Origin: Eledone cirrhosa
Lineage: Eukaryota
Direction: 5' to 3'
Length of the DNA: 64,000 bases
NCBI GenBank assembly: GCA_964016885.1
Contig: OZ024741.1
Coordinates: 198,090,001-198,154,000 of the forward strand
Below, piece after piece: positions 1 to 12,704 of the stretch. The notes below the pieces were generated by a model. That model was not told the origin of the DNA, did no database searches, and worked only from the letters and a program-made list of their open reading frames with translations. The first letter of the stretch is position 1, and each line of letters starts with the position of its first letter. The position numbers and the translations under genes are program-made.

Positions 1-263
1 TATTGACATACCCGGAAAAAAGACAACCTCATCGGTTGAAGCTTCCTGGAAGCTTCAACCGTTAAGGTTGTCTTTTTTCCGGGTATGTCAATATTTATTT
101 ATAAAACATATCTGTATGTTATCTGATGAAAGCGCACCATAATTTGCCTTGGTTGCCCTTTTATTAATATATTGTGTATTTACTCCACTAACATGTTGAG
201 TGCTTTATATCAGTTATAAAAATGTTTAAGCTTGTTGAATCCCAACAAATTAAATATAACCTC

Positions 264-268
<5 letters not shown>
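1..268. mobile_element. Fold-back insert, family C (left arm cut by window edge), HHR-deleted copy
   Basis: Inverted repeat 1-93 with apex near 46. The right arm matches 8701-9223 and runs into (TA)n at 268. CTGATGA is present at 123, but the GAAA half is deleted. Confidence 0.75.
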
Positions 269-310
<42 letters not shown>

Positions 311-538
311 CGTTTCTGAATTTGTTTAGCAAGATTCTTTATCTGAAATCGTGTGTTGAAACCGATATTGTTATACTTCGGGAGGGTCATGTTGCCAATA
401 AGAAACACACGCACCAGTTGCTTTCACTTCAATTTATTATATATTTATAAATTTATAAATTTACAAATCTACAAACTTATAAATTTCTGGTTGGTTGGTT
501 GGTTGGTTGGTTCCACAACCAGATAGTTGTTTATATAT

Positions 539-583
539 AGTCATAGTCCTTTCGTCACACACTCTGTGACCTCTTCAGTGACT
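539..583 (-). ncRNA. Minimal type-I hammerhead ribozyme (PLE-A)
   Basis: Reverse complement of 1823-1867. Confidence 0.75.
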
Positions 584-787
584 GGGGATTCCTTTCTTTG
601 TTTCTGTGCCTTTCCTTTCTTCTGTCCTACGCCATTTTGTTTCTGTGTGTGTGTTGTGTGCTCAGTTTGCGCATGCGCCACATCCGGGTGTCTGTGTGTG
701 TTTGTGTTCATTTATCTATTTGTTTATTTATTTACATGTTGTTGGTTGGTTGTTTGTTCTATGTGTGTGTGTGTTTTCACTTTGTCC

Positions 788-1545
788 TTAATTGTAAGTT
801 GTGATGTTGCTGTTCCACTCATATTTTCTATTTAATTTTGGTTGTAATTCTTTTATGCTTACTGCCTCTGTAATTTGCCTAAACATTGCATCTTTTCTGT
901 GTGTGGATTCTATTTTTATTTCTATGTTCTCTAATTTACCCTTGTGTTCTATCTTAGCATGTTGGTAGAGTACAGATGATTCTTTATTATCTTGAAGGTC
1001 TCGCCAGTGTTCATTTATTCGTTCCCCTATACTACGAGCTGTCTCACCTATGTACACTATATTTTTGTTTCTACATTGTCCCCTATGTACACTATATTTT
1101 TGTTTCTACATTGTCCTTCAGTACATCTTATGCTATACACTACATTTCTAGTTTTACAGTTAATATGGGGGCTTATTTTACAGGTTATACATTTCTTATC
1201 TATACATGAGGGTCTTTGGAACGGGTATGTCTTGCTAATAAGTGTTTTTACGGAGGTACCTGGTCTTTCTACTATCTTAATATTGAGTTTATGTTTATTT
1301 AGGGCCCTTCTAAATGTGTAGGCTAGTTCGCCTCTAGGGGTTGTATTGATGAACATTACACTCTGGTATTTATTGCTATCATACCATGAGTGTTTATTCT
1401 ATTGGCCTTGTTCCTAGTTCTTTCTATTCTATTCCATAATTTGCTCCTATACACGGGGGCAGGTCCCATTTATGTCATTATTTACCATTTTTTCCCATTT
1501 GGTTCTGGCTCCTCTATACACTCTGATTCTATCTCTCTGATTGTA
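788..1545 (-). pseudogene. PLE C-terminus: thumb/linker (CxxxxCxxC) and GIY-YIG endonuclease, frameshifted
   Basis: ORFs 1057..1356 and 788..1057 read CIDKKCITC..NVVYSIRC..YIGETARSIGERINEH..RQITEA..PKLN. A ~33 bp tandem duplication lies near 1048-1115. Confidence 0.9.
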
Positions 1546-1822
1546 GCCAAAGAATTACAACCAAAATTAAATAGAAAATATGAGTGGAACAGCAACATCA
1601 CAACTTACAATTAAGGACAAAATGAAAACACACACACACATAGAACCAAACAACCAACCAACAACATGTAAATAAATAAACAAATAGATAAATGAACACA
1701 AACACACACAGGACACCCGGATGTGGCGCAATGCGCAAACTGAGCACACAACACACACACAGAAACAAAATGGCGTAGGACAGAAGAAAGGAAAGGCACA
1801 GAAACAAAGAAAGGAATCCCCC

Positions 1823-1867
1823 AGTCACTGAAGAGGTCACAGAGTGTGTGACGAAAGGACTATGACT
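1823..1867 (+). ncRNA. Minimal type-I hammerhead ribozyme (PLE-A)
   Basis: AGTCA-CTGAAGA-G-GTCACA gagtg TGTGAC-GAAA-GGAC-TA^TGACT. Stem I is AGTCA/TGACT. Confidence 0.78.
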
Positions 1868-2027
1868 ATATATAAACAACTATCTGGTTGTGGAACCAAA
1901 CCAACCAACCAGAAATTTATAAGTTTGTAGATTTGTAAATTTATAAATTTATAAATATATAATAAATTGAAGTGAAAACAACTGGTGCGTGTGTTTTTCT
2001 TATGGCAACATGACCCTCCCGAAGTAT

Positions 2028-2083
<56 letters not shown>

Positions 2084-2126
2084 ATATATATATGTATATA
2101 TATATATATAATATATTATATATATA

Positions 2127-2251
<125 letters not shown>

Positions 2252-2924
2252 CTGTCTGCCTCTGGCTACCTCACGCACCGTCTCGAGCAAATTATCTATA
2301 CTACGTTTTCATATTTTTGTTTATATATATTTAGATAGAGGTAATACCTTGATACCCGGTAGCGGCATCCTTGGGGGTCGGGCGGATACATTGACTCTCA
2401 CTTAATTGCTTTTGCTGGCAGGCTAAACTTAGTGGGGAGACGAACATACTTGGAGAGAAGATAAGCACCACCAACCATTTCTAAGGCCCACTGAAATGCT
2501 ATAATGGTCACACAGTCAATCGTCTTGGTACCCCAACGACTGATTGTAGCAGTTGTGAAAACTTGATAGGATTGAATAATATTGAGTTACAGTCCAATTT
2601 CAACAGTTGAATGTTAGTAGCGGGAAGGAAATATCTATAATTAGAAAATGAATTCAATAGAGCTGTAGCTCTATTAGGAGTAAGCTTAGACGAAGTAAGA
2701 TGTCTACATTGATTAGTCTTTTCGACAACGGTATGAGCATCATAACTTCCGATCACTCATTCTCTATAGATTTCTTCATATATACATAAGAAACTAACTT
2801 TTCATGATCATCCGCATCTTGTTACTTCTCCTTCACCTCATCCCCCTCTTCTTCGCCCTCATCATCATCATCATCATCATCATCAATATCATCGTCGATA
2901 TATTCTTATTCTTTTTCATCTTAA

Positions 2925-3100
2925 AGTGGTTGATTGGTAGTGTCGGTAGAGCGTCGGATAAATGCCACCGGGGTCAACTTTACCTCTCATCCCTTCAGGT
3001 TCGATAAACTAAAGTTCCAGTCAAGTACTGGGAACGATTTAATCTACTTTCCCCTTCTTCTAAATTGCTGACCTTGTGCCTAAATTAGAAATCACTACTG
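2925..3100 (+). mobile_element. tRNA-derived SINE, degenerate
   Basis: Similar to the copy at 35570-35760 (caactttacctctcatcccttcaggttcgataaactaaagttccag). Confidence 0.6.
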
Positions 3101-4049
3101 TTTTCTTCATCTTATTAAGGGTGGCGAAAAGGGATATGACAATTCTGGACTAAACCCTGAGTATTTTATTTAGTTCTCAACTGAAATTCATCAGAAATCC
3201 AGTTTGCTTCACATTCTTAGCTGTCGTTAAGATAATTACCAAGTAATGTGCAGTGGTTGTTTTAATCGACAGTCGCCCCTCTCCTCGGCGAAAATGGCTG
3301 CTCAGTCTAAAGAAATCTTTATCGTGCCAATCAACATCATTAACACATCTTAATCATTATCATTAACATCATCGTCCGTCGTCGTCATTGTCATTATAAT
3401 TACAATGATTACCATTATTAACGCTCGTTGTATTTGTTATTGCTGTCATCGTTTCATCTCTAAAATGATGACCGAGTTACCGGATTTTCAAGTTGAATAG
3501 CATTCACTGTAATTTTATGCTTTCTGCCTTGGATATCATGGAATAAATAAATGTATGGCTATGCGTGCGCTCGTTCGCATGTGCGTTGATGTGGGTGAGT
3601 AGGAGGTTGATGAGCCTCACTTTCACAGGAGTTGATTGTTGAACGTTGTATAAACACATGCACATAGACACATATAAATGAAGTGTTGTGAATATTTCTG
3701 TCTGAATGTGAGCGTCTAATGCTGTTTGTATACAGGCGTCAATAAACATGAGTAGCTGAAAATAAGTATCAGCATATTGGGTTAATGTACATGTGACAGT
3801 GAGTCGGTTCGGGGAGTAACTATCAAGATCTATGAGAATGCGTATATATATTTATGAGCGTGTACAGTATATATGTTTAAGTATAAATATATGCATATTG
3901 TGCATGCGTGCGTGCATTTCATTATGCTTAATCTTTTAATATCACTATCGATCTATTTATATATGTATGTCCATATATACATCAGTCTATCTGTCTATCC
4001 AGTATATATATCAGTCTATCCAGTGTATATATATATATATATTTATATG

Positions 4050-4162
<113 letters not shown>

Positions 4163-4169
4163 TTATATG

Positions 4170-4223
<54 letters not shown>

Positions 4224-4296
4224 TATATATATACATATATATATCTACATATATATATACATATAAATATATATATATATATATATACTGGATAGA

Positions 4297-4355
<59 letters not shown>

Positions 4356-4436
4356 TGGATAGACCGATAGACTGATGTATATATGGACATACATATATAT
4401 ATATGTATATATATATATATGTATATATATATATAC

Positions 4437-4468
<32 letters not shown>

Positions 4469-4529
4469 TTGTCTCTCTTTATGGACATAACCATTATCTA
4501 TTCTATTTCTTTATATATTGTCTATTTAT

Positions 4530-4592
<63 letters not shown>

Positions 4593-5261
4593 TCTATATA
4601 TGCGTATACGTTTATATGTATCTATATATATATATGTGCGTGTGTGTATGTATCTATATATGTGTATATATGACTATGTATAAGTGTGTATATGCATTTA
4701 TAATTTATCTCTACTAATGTATCTACGTAAACCTATAGCAGGATATATCTCTTTCTCTCATGCGTGGGTGTGTTTGTGTGTGTATGGGGTTATTGGCACG
4801 TGTAGGTGTGCGTGTGTGCATGTACATGTAGATATTGGCTTTCGTTTATAAATTTATGCATTTATTCCTCTGATGGACGTAAATGTTTTGTGTAATTATT
4901 TCTTATTCGTGTTTCAGAAACAATTAGATCTCTATATTAAAGCCTGTTTCCTTTCCTTTTTCAGGATATCTATGATGATGGTAATGGTAGCAGCAAAGGC
5001 TCCGAAACGATAATGTTTTAATCAATAGCTCTATTCGTTCGAGAGGTTTTCTGAAAAAGATAAACCAAAGCAACTCTTTGTAATGCATAGATACTACATA
5101 TATCGGCATATGTTAATTATATGGTTGACAAATTGTAAAAAAAAATTAATCAAACCATTCGTTAATAAATGTGTATATACACCCATTTGAAGTTAAGTTC
5201 TATCTCCCCAGCGTAGCCTTAAAATGGTTACTGAAAATTGTTATGTATGCTTATATATAAT

Positions 5262-5295
<34 letters not shown>

Positions 5296-5330
5296 GATGG
5301 GTGTGTGGGTGTGTGTGTGCTTATATTTAC

Positions 5331-5404
<74 letters not shown>

Positions 5405-5537
5405 TTATATATATATATATAGCGGCGATGAATTAGTTTTGCGAGGTTTTTTATATGAAATCGTGTGTCGAAACAAATATTGTTATACTTGAGGAGGGTC
5501 ATATTTGTGTAATATTGCCAGAATTAATAACAGAACA

Positions 5538-7911
5538 GCTGACAAAACATATAAGATGGGTAATATCTATCCTACGAGGTTACCCTTTAATAAAAGAGTT
5601 TGCATACCACAACAAATAGATGACGAGACAGAGGCACAGTTCACCATAGCTAGAAATAAGATTAGACAAATAGTAGACAGGTATACTAAGAGACAGAGCA
5701 GACCAGAGGCCCAACAACTTGGGAGGAAACCTGTAGAAGGCTTGGTTAGCCTCAAGCAGCGCACAAGGGATGGTGAGGTAGTGTGTCTACCCACGGATAA
5801 GTCTGGTAGGATGTCAATATATAGCATGCCGAACTACATCGAGGCTATGCAACCCCACATCACCAACACGAGCGAAATTGCACAACAAACACACGATGGG
5901 AGAGAAAAAATCCTCAACGCTCACATGATGATGTGGATTGACATCCTAAAGCCAAGCAGACGCACTGCCAACAACTTCCAAGCGTCTAACAATGGCATAC
6001 CACCCTTGTATGGGCTCCGCAAAGACCACAAGACAGTCGACGACCCGACAACAGGACCACCAACAAGACCCGTATGCGGAGCTAATATAGCTAGATAGGA
6101 TCTCCTACTTCCTCTCAATGGTTATACGCCCCATAATCAAGATGTCCCCAGATGTATGTGACAGTACAGAGGACCTCCTCAGCAGAATCAGTGAGTGCAA
6201 CAAAAACAGGAGCCTATCCAACTGCATAATAGGCAGCATGGATCTGGTGTCACTGTACCCATCCATTAACATTGATTTTGCTGTGAAAAGATGTGTGGAG
6301 ATGATCATTGAGAGTGAGGTGGAGTTCTGCGACGTCGACACAGACGAACTGGGCCTCCTACTTAGACTTACCTACGACACTGACTACCTAGACAACCATG
6401 ACCTTAGATGTTTCTGCCCGAGTAGACCTATAAGAGGTAGACCCCCCACCATAACCTCAATAGCAAAAAAGACTCCCATGGCAAGGTGGATTGGGTGGAC
6501 CAAAGCTATACGGACCCCCCAAAACAATGATCAGGTAAGAAAAATGGTCGCACATGCAATAGGGGCTAGTATCAAAACTACCCTAAAGGGCCACATATTT
6601 AAGTTCAACGAGAAAATCTACACCCAAAATGAGGGAGCAGCCATCGGCGTCAGCATAGCTGGTGATGTTGCCAACCTTTTCATGGTATGGTGGGAAAGGA
6701 GACTTAAAGATCTCCTTAATGAAAGCTCCATAGACCTCATCATGTACTCTCGTTATGTAGAGGATATCAATATAGTTATAAGAACACCCCCACTAGAGAG
6801 CACTAACAAGTTTGATTTAGAACGTAGCACGATGGAAAGCATCCAGCAGATAGCTAATTCCATACACCAGAGTATAACTGTAACTATCGACTTCCCTTCC
6901 AAACACCCTAACAATAGACTACCTGTATTAGACACAGAACTCTGGATTAACACTATAGACGAGAGAGCCCAAATTCTCCAATCACACTATGCTAAACCCA
7001 TGGCCTCCAAATACCTGATACTCAAAAACTCAGCAATGTCCAGTAGTGCTAAGTTTAATATTCTGATCGCAGATTTGGTACGAGTGATGAAGAATGTGTC
7101 CCGCATGTGCGACCCAACAGAAATGGAAAGACACATCCAACACTTCATCAACCGCATGCAGTTCTCTGGCTACAACCAAGGAGACAGAGTCAGAGTATAC
7201 GAAAGAGCCATGGAAAAGTATAAGACCCTCATAGAACTGGACATGAAACGAATTTGCCCATTATACAGGAGCAAATCATGGAATAGCTTAGATAGGGCTA
7301 GACATAAGATAGGGAAAGCCACCTCATGGTACGACAACCAGAGATACCAGAGTGTCATGTTTGTGGACGCCACCCCTGGAGGGAAATTAGCTAACCAGTG
7401 TAGAAAGGCCCTGAGAAAGACCCACTTAAAAATAAAGGTGGTAGAAAAGCCAGGAGCCACCATAAAATCCTTGATCAGCAAAACCTACCCTTTTAAGAAA
7501 ACCCACTGTACCAATAGGAAATGTATCATATGTAAGGTGAACCCCCGGATAAACTGTAAAACTAGAAACGTAGTCTATAGCATAAGATGTACAGAGGGTA
7601 CTTGCAGAAACATGACAACAACATACATAGGTGAGACAGCTCGTAGCATAGGTGAAAGGATAGACCAACACTGGGGGGAACTAAAAGGACGAAAAAACGG
7701 GTCAGTACTATACGAACAAGCTAGACAACAACATGACGGTAACATAGACAACATAGAAATTAGAATAATATCTAAACATAGAAATGACCCAGCAGATAGG
7801 CAAATCAGAGAGGCCAGTGAAATAGAAATTAGAAGACCAAAGCTAAACAGAAAGAATGAATGGAATAACAACAACACCCAAACAAACAACACTGACCTAA
7901 GAGAAGTATAA
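5538..7911 (+). pseudogene. PLE polyprotein (reverse transcriptase + GIY-YIG endonuclease), disrupted
   Basis: ORFs 5505..6098 (PTDKSG, LYGLRKDHK, TRPV) and 6118..7911 (SMDLVSLYP, GAAIG, RYVED in place of YVDD, CxxxxCxxC, VVYSIRC..YIGET). The frame is broken near 6096-6118. Confidence 0.92.
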
Positions 7912-8149
7912 ATAAGTAAATAAAATAAGATAAATAAATAAATAAATAAATACACAAGCACAATAACAACAAGCACATAAACACACACTAGTCACCCATC
8001 ACACAGCAAACATAACACTATACACACACGCAAACACATGCGCAAACAAGACGAAATAAAATAAACAAACAAGCAAATAAATAAATAAATATATAGACAG
8101 ACTGAATAAAAATGGCGTAGACATACAACACAACAGGAGAAAAACATAA

Positions 8150-8195
8150 CACCACTGATGATGTTGCAGATGTGCAACGAAAGATTTATAATAAA
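8150..8195 (+). ncRNA. Hammerhead-like motif in PLE-B 3' region, stem I decayed
   Basis: CTGATGA-T-GTTGCA gatg TGCAAC-GAAA-GATT-TA, in the same position relative to the ORF as the PLE-A HHR. Confidence 0.6.
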
Positions 8196-8389
8196 CTATA
8201 TATATGTGCTTGTGTCTATATTGTATCTGTACTATTTTTGACCGTCGGTCAGTCAATGGCAACATTGAGGACCGAGTAAGTTAGATTACCGATATAAAAG
8301 ACACAGAAGAGAAAAGCGAAAACCAACCAAACAGTGAATGTGTTCTGTTATTAATTCTGGCAATATTACACAAATATGACCCTCGCCAA

Positions 8390-8447
<58 letters not shown>

Positions 8448-8449
<2 letters not shown>

Positions 8450-8639
8450 CGAAGGAATTGTGGTAAGGAACCAGATGGACCATAACGCACCAGAGTACTC
8501 AATAATTAGGGTAGTAGAGTGGGTAATAGGAAAAAGTATGACCCCAACGGCAGAGCTCTAGCCGTTTCGACGGCTATTTCTGGACGTCCAGAAATAGCCG
8601 TCGAAACGGCTTGAGCTCAGCCGTCGGGTCATACCTTTT

Positions 8640-8642
<3 letters not shown>
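8448..8642. mobile_element. Fold-back insert, family D (short)
   Basis: Apex ggacgtcc near 8585. Arms match the ends of 42329-44310, with (TA)n flanks. Confidence 0.85.
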
Positions 8643-8705
<63 letters not shown>

Positions 8706-8837
8706 GAGGTTGTATTTAATTTGTTTTGGATTCAACTAGCTTAAACATTTTTATAACCGATATAAAGCACTCAACAGTTTAGTGGAGTAAATATTCAATA
8801 TATTAATAAATGGAAACTATATTTATAAAACCATAAT

Positions 8838-8903
8838 TATTTTATTATATATATTTCAAGGGCAACCAAGGCAAATTTTGGTGCGCTTTCATCAGATAAA
8901 ATA
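8838..8903 (-). ncRNA. Type-I hammerhead ribozyme (family C)
   Basis: Reverse complement of 9117-9182. Confidence 0.8.
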
Positions 8904-9116
8904 CAACATTTGTTTTATAAATAAATCTTGACATACCCGCATAAAGACAACCTTAACGGTTGAGGTTCGCTGGATAGTCTATCTGGATAGACTATCCAGA
9001 TAGTCTATCCAGATAGACTATCCAGATATACTATCCAGATATACTATCCAGCGAACCTCAACCGTTAAGGTTGTCTTTATGCGGGTATGTCAAGATTTAT
9101 TTATAAAACAAATTTG

Positions 9117-9182
9117 TATTTTATCTGATGAAAGCGCACCAAAATTTGCCTTGGTTGCCCTTGAAATATATATAATAAAATA
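9117..9182 (+). ncRNA. Type-I hammerhead ribozyme (family C)
   Basis: TATTTTAT-CTGATGA-AAGCGCACCAA..TTGGTTGCCCTT-GAAA-TATATA-TA^ATAAAATA, with an 8-bp stem I. Confidence 0.82.
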
Positions 9183-9220
9183 ATTATGATTTTATAAATA
9201 TAGTTTCCATTTATTAATAT

Positions 9221-9263
<43 letters not shown>

Positions 9264-9267
<4 letters not shown>

Positions 9268-9391
9268 CGTTTCTGAATTTGTTTAGCAAGATTCTTTATC
9301 TGAAATCGTGTGTTGAAACCGATATTGTTATACTTTGGGAGGGTCATGTTGCCAATATGACCCATGTTGCAACATGACCCTCCCAAAGTAT

Positions 9392-9398
<7 letters not shown>
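9264..9398. mobile_element. Tiny fold-back of the PLE-A terminus only
   Basis: The left part matches 307-400 and the right part matches 2006-2033. (TA)n flanks both sides. Confidence 0.85.
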
Positions 9399-9424
<26 letters not shown>

Positions 9425-9439
9425 GGTTCACATATATAT

Positions 9440-10026
9440 ATATAAACATACTTACATATACGTGTTTTGCAACGGGTCACTTTGTGGCTCAATGAAAAGT
9501 TAATAAATTAAATAATCAGAGCTATATATCATAAAACATGTCTATAGAATCACCAGATAAAATATATACCATTTCCTCTCCCAATTAGCATAATTAACCA
9601 TATAAAAAATCGAATAGACCAGGCTATAAGAATAAGGCTTCTATGAAGAAATCTCCAACAAATAACCGATACTAGCCCTTCGCGTCGGCTGCGACGGAAT
9701 ATATATCGAATATTTCGACAGCGTAATCGCCCAGATATACAGTCAATTAAACAGAATTAGGTGTAAAATAAACTATGAGAAAAGAGAATACATTTATCTA
9801 CCTCGACCATGGTTTCGTCCGCATTTTGAGATTTCCAATAACTTCGGAAACTCGAGCACCGGACTCTTCAGGACGCGAAGGGCTAGTTTCTGTTATTTGT
9901 TGGAGATTTCTTCATAGAAGCCTTATTCTTATAGCCTGGTCTATTCGATTTTTTATATGGTTAATTATGCTAATTGGGAGAGGAAATGGTATATATTTTA
10001 TTTGGTGATTCTATAGACATGTTTTA

Positions 10027-10030
<4 letters not shown>
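9440..10030. mobile_element. Fold-back insert, family E
   Basis: Arms ~9522-9686 and ~9872-10035 are inverted. The spacer carries an HHR. Confidence 0.85.
9798..9873 (-). ncRNA. Type-I hammerhead ribozyme (family E), 5' strand of stem I cut by the junction
   Basis: Minus strand: TC-CTGAAGA-GTCCG..TTTCCGA agtta TTGGAAA..CGGAC-GAAA-CCATGG-TC^GAGG. Confidence 0.8.
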
Positions 10031-10064
<34 letters not shown>

Positions 10065-10067
<3 letters not shown>

Positions 10068-10616
10068 GATAAATCTACCAAGAGTTTACGGTAGTGTCCA
10101 ATCCGTATGAAGAACTCAATGTATTCCGGATATCATGGAAAGAAGAGATGTAATGAAAAATCACTTTCGGTGAAAGATAAACGGTATACAGAGTCAAGAT
10201 AAAATATTAAACAAATAATGAATAAACAATGAAACAGTTCCTTATATTAAACAAAAAAAGTTCACTATTTAACGATTGTTTCTAGGATATATATGTGTTA
10301 GAATTGGCATGCATATTCAACAGATCTATGTACAAAATTATACAAAATTATACAAACTATCAAGATTAAATATACATACCAACACATATATACGACGTCT
10401 TCAGAAATAATTATTATTTCTGAAGACGTCGTATATATGTGTTGGTATGTATATTTAATCTTGATAGTTTGTATAATTTTGTATAATTTTGTACATAGAT
10501 CTGTTGAATATGCATGCCAATTCTAACACATATATATCCTAGAAACAATCGTTAAATAGTGAACTTTTTTTGTTTAATATAAGGAACTGTTTCATTGTTT
10601 ATTCATTATTTGTTTA

Positions 10617-10624
<8 letters not shown>
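10065..10624. mobile_element. Fold-back insert, family F
   Basis: Near-perfect ~210 bp inverted arms, 10199-10409 and 10414-10624, with (TA)n flanks. Confidence 0.88.
10415..10558 (+). ncRNA. Hammerhead-like motif with very long stem II (mirror copy on minus strand ~10265-10408)
   Basis: TATTT-CTGAAGA..TATATATGTGTTGG..CTAACACATATATA..GAAA-CAATCG-TT^AAATA. The base of stem II is poorly paired. Confidence 0.55.
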
Positions 10625-10696
<72 letters not shown>

Positions 10697-10881
10697 CGCC
10701 AACACACTTCTCTTTGTCCTCCTACTCTTTCAGTCATTTCTATATTTCATCTGCCTGTCACCCACCTTGTGGGTTGTTTCTCTGTTAGCCAGTGGCCACT
10801 GGTCTCTGTCCTCTAGGGCATTTTTTGCCCATCGCTGTCTTTGACTTTTAACGGGTGTTCTAGCGATGAATTTTCTCATCG

Positions 10882-10943
<62 letters not shown>

Positions 10944-11155
10944 ATATTTGGGGAGGGTCATATTGTTATAATATTCCCAGAAATAATAGTAAAACACACT
11001 CACTGTTTGGTTTAGATCGGTTTTCGCTTGTGTATCTTTTATATCTCCATAGTTAATTTATCTGGCAATCAATGTTTATCATTAATTGACCAACGGTTAA
11101 AAATACAGATATAAATATATATATATAGCCTATCAAAGTTCTTTCATCATATATA

Positions 11156-11252
<97 letters not shown>

Positions 11253-11346
11253 GGAGGTGAGTTTTATTGTAGTACAATAAAGCAATGCAGATATCGGATA
11301 AGAAGCACTCTACAGTTTGTGGGACTGGAGTATGCATAATATAATA

Positions 11347-11419
<73 letters not shown>

Positions 11420-12257
11420 TTGAGCCACACCGTGAAAGGTAGCCACACTCATATGTATCTATGACTATAGCTCCGTTTAAATGATTATTTATCTAGTTGA
11501 TTTCTACCGACTAGGATGAAGAAAGATTGGGTATATTTTATCTAATAATTCTTCAAACTTGCAATTTTATATATAGCTCTGATTAATAATTATTTGCTTA
11601 ATTAAATTTTTCACACTCATATATATATATGTGACTATGTCTAAATATATACATATATATCCCTATGAATGTATTCTATACTCCCGTTCGGTAGAGTAAA
11701 CATTATTCGGTATCTGACTGCTCTTTCTAGCAGCCAGCCTACCTGCCACCTGGCCACCATTCACAACCTTCTACTTTGACCACTAGCCACTTGATGATTC
11801 TTAGCCATTTTGAATTCATTTCTGGCGGCGATCACTGTAGACATTTTATTCCTAACTCGGGGTGTCTCTTGATAAGCTCCAAACCTCATGGATAATACCA
11901 AGATTGGATATATCCACAAAGTACGAACGAAACTATCGATAGTCGGGACTAGAGGGATTTTGGTAAAGTTTATATCCATTTTATATATTTTAGACTTAGA
12001 TCCGTTTAATTGATTATTTGTCTAGTTAATTTCTACGGGCTAAGAGGAAAGACTGGACAAATTTTATCTGACTGTTCCTCGCGGAGAATAGTCTGTATTA
12101 TTTATCTATTATTTCTTCGAAGTTACATTTTAAACTTATAGCTCCGTTTAAATGATTATTTATCTAGTTGATTTCTACGGACTAGGGTGAAGAAAGATTG
12201 GGTATATTTTATCTAATAATTCTTCAAACTTGTAATTTTATATATATATATATATAT

Positions 12258-12427
12258 CAGATAGGGTGTGGTAAAAACAAACAGGTAGACCATAACCCAC
12301 CAGCGTACTCGATACTTGGGGTAGAGTGGGTAATATGAATAGATTCAGAACGCCGACGGCTGAGATCCGAACTGTTCGGATCTAGCTGTCGAAACGGCCG
12401 GAACTCAGCCGTCGGGGTCCTGAATCT

Positions 12428-12488
<61 letters not shown>

Positions 12489-12590
12489 AAGGAATTGTGG
12501 TAAGGAACCAGATGGACCATAACGCACAGGGTACTCAATACTTAGGGTAGTAGAGTGAGAAATAGAAAAAAGTATGGGGTCATACTTTTT

Positions 12591-12592
<2 letters not shown>
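12258..12592. mobile_element. Two short fold-back inserts of family D and a sister subfamily, separated by (TA)n
   Basis: 12258-12432 carries gtcgaaacggccggaactcagccgtcgggg. 12487-12592 matches 8448-8545. Confidence 0.8.
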
Positions 12593-12668
<76 letters not shown>

Positions 12669-12704
12669 ATTATATAAACATATATATATATATTTATATG
12701 CATA

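Larger units (their letters stand above)
309..2033. mobile_element. Penelope-like element family A, head-to-head double 3' fragment
   Basis: Long minus-strand arm 309-1546 and short plus-strand arm 1547-2033. About 366-853 is the reverse complement of 1548-2033. Both ends abut (TA)n. Confidence 0.9.
5421..8390 (+). mobile_element. Penelope-like element family B, 5'-truncated, with an inverted copy of its 3' end on the left
   Basis: About 5484-5536 is the reverse complement of 8341-8393. RT and GIY-YIG ORFs lie inside, and (TA)n flanks both sides. Confidence 0.93.
8701..9223. mobile_element. Fold-back insert, family C
   Basis: Inverted arms ~8795-8975 and ~9045-9223, a 13-bp tandem repeat at the apex, and (TA)n flanks. 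Confidence 0.88.

Noticed and set aside
10199-10624. Fold-backs as sequencing or assembly chimeras
   Set aside because: Many arms carry substitutions and indels relative to each other (12705, 36095, 63400) and polarity is consistent. The near-perfect ones still deserve a long-read check.
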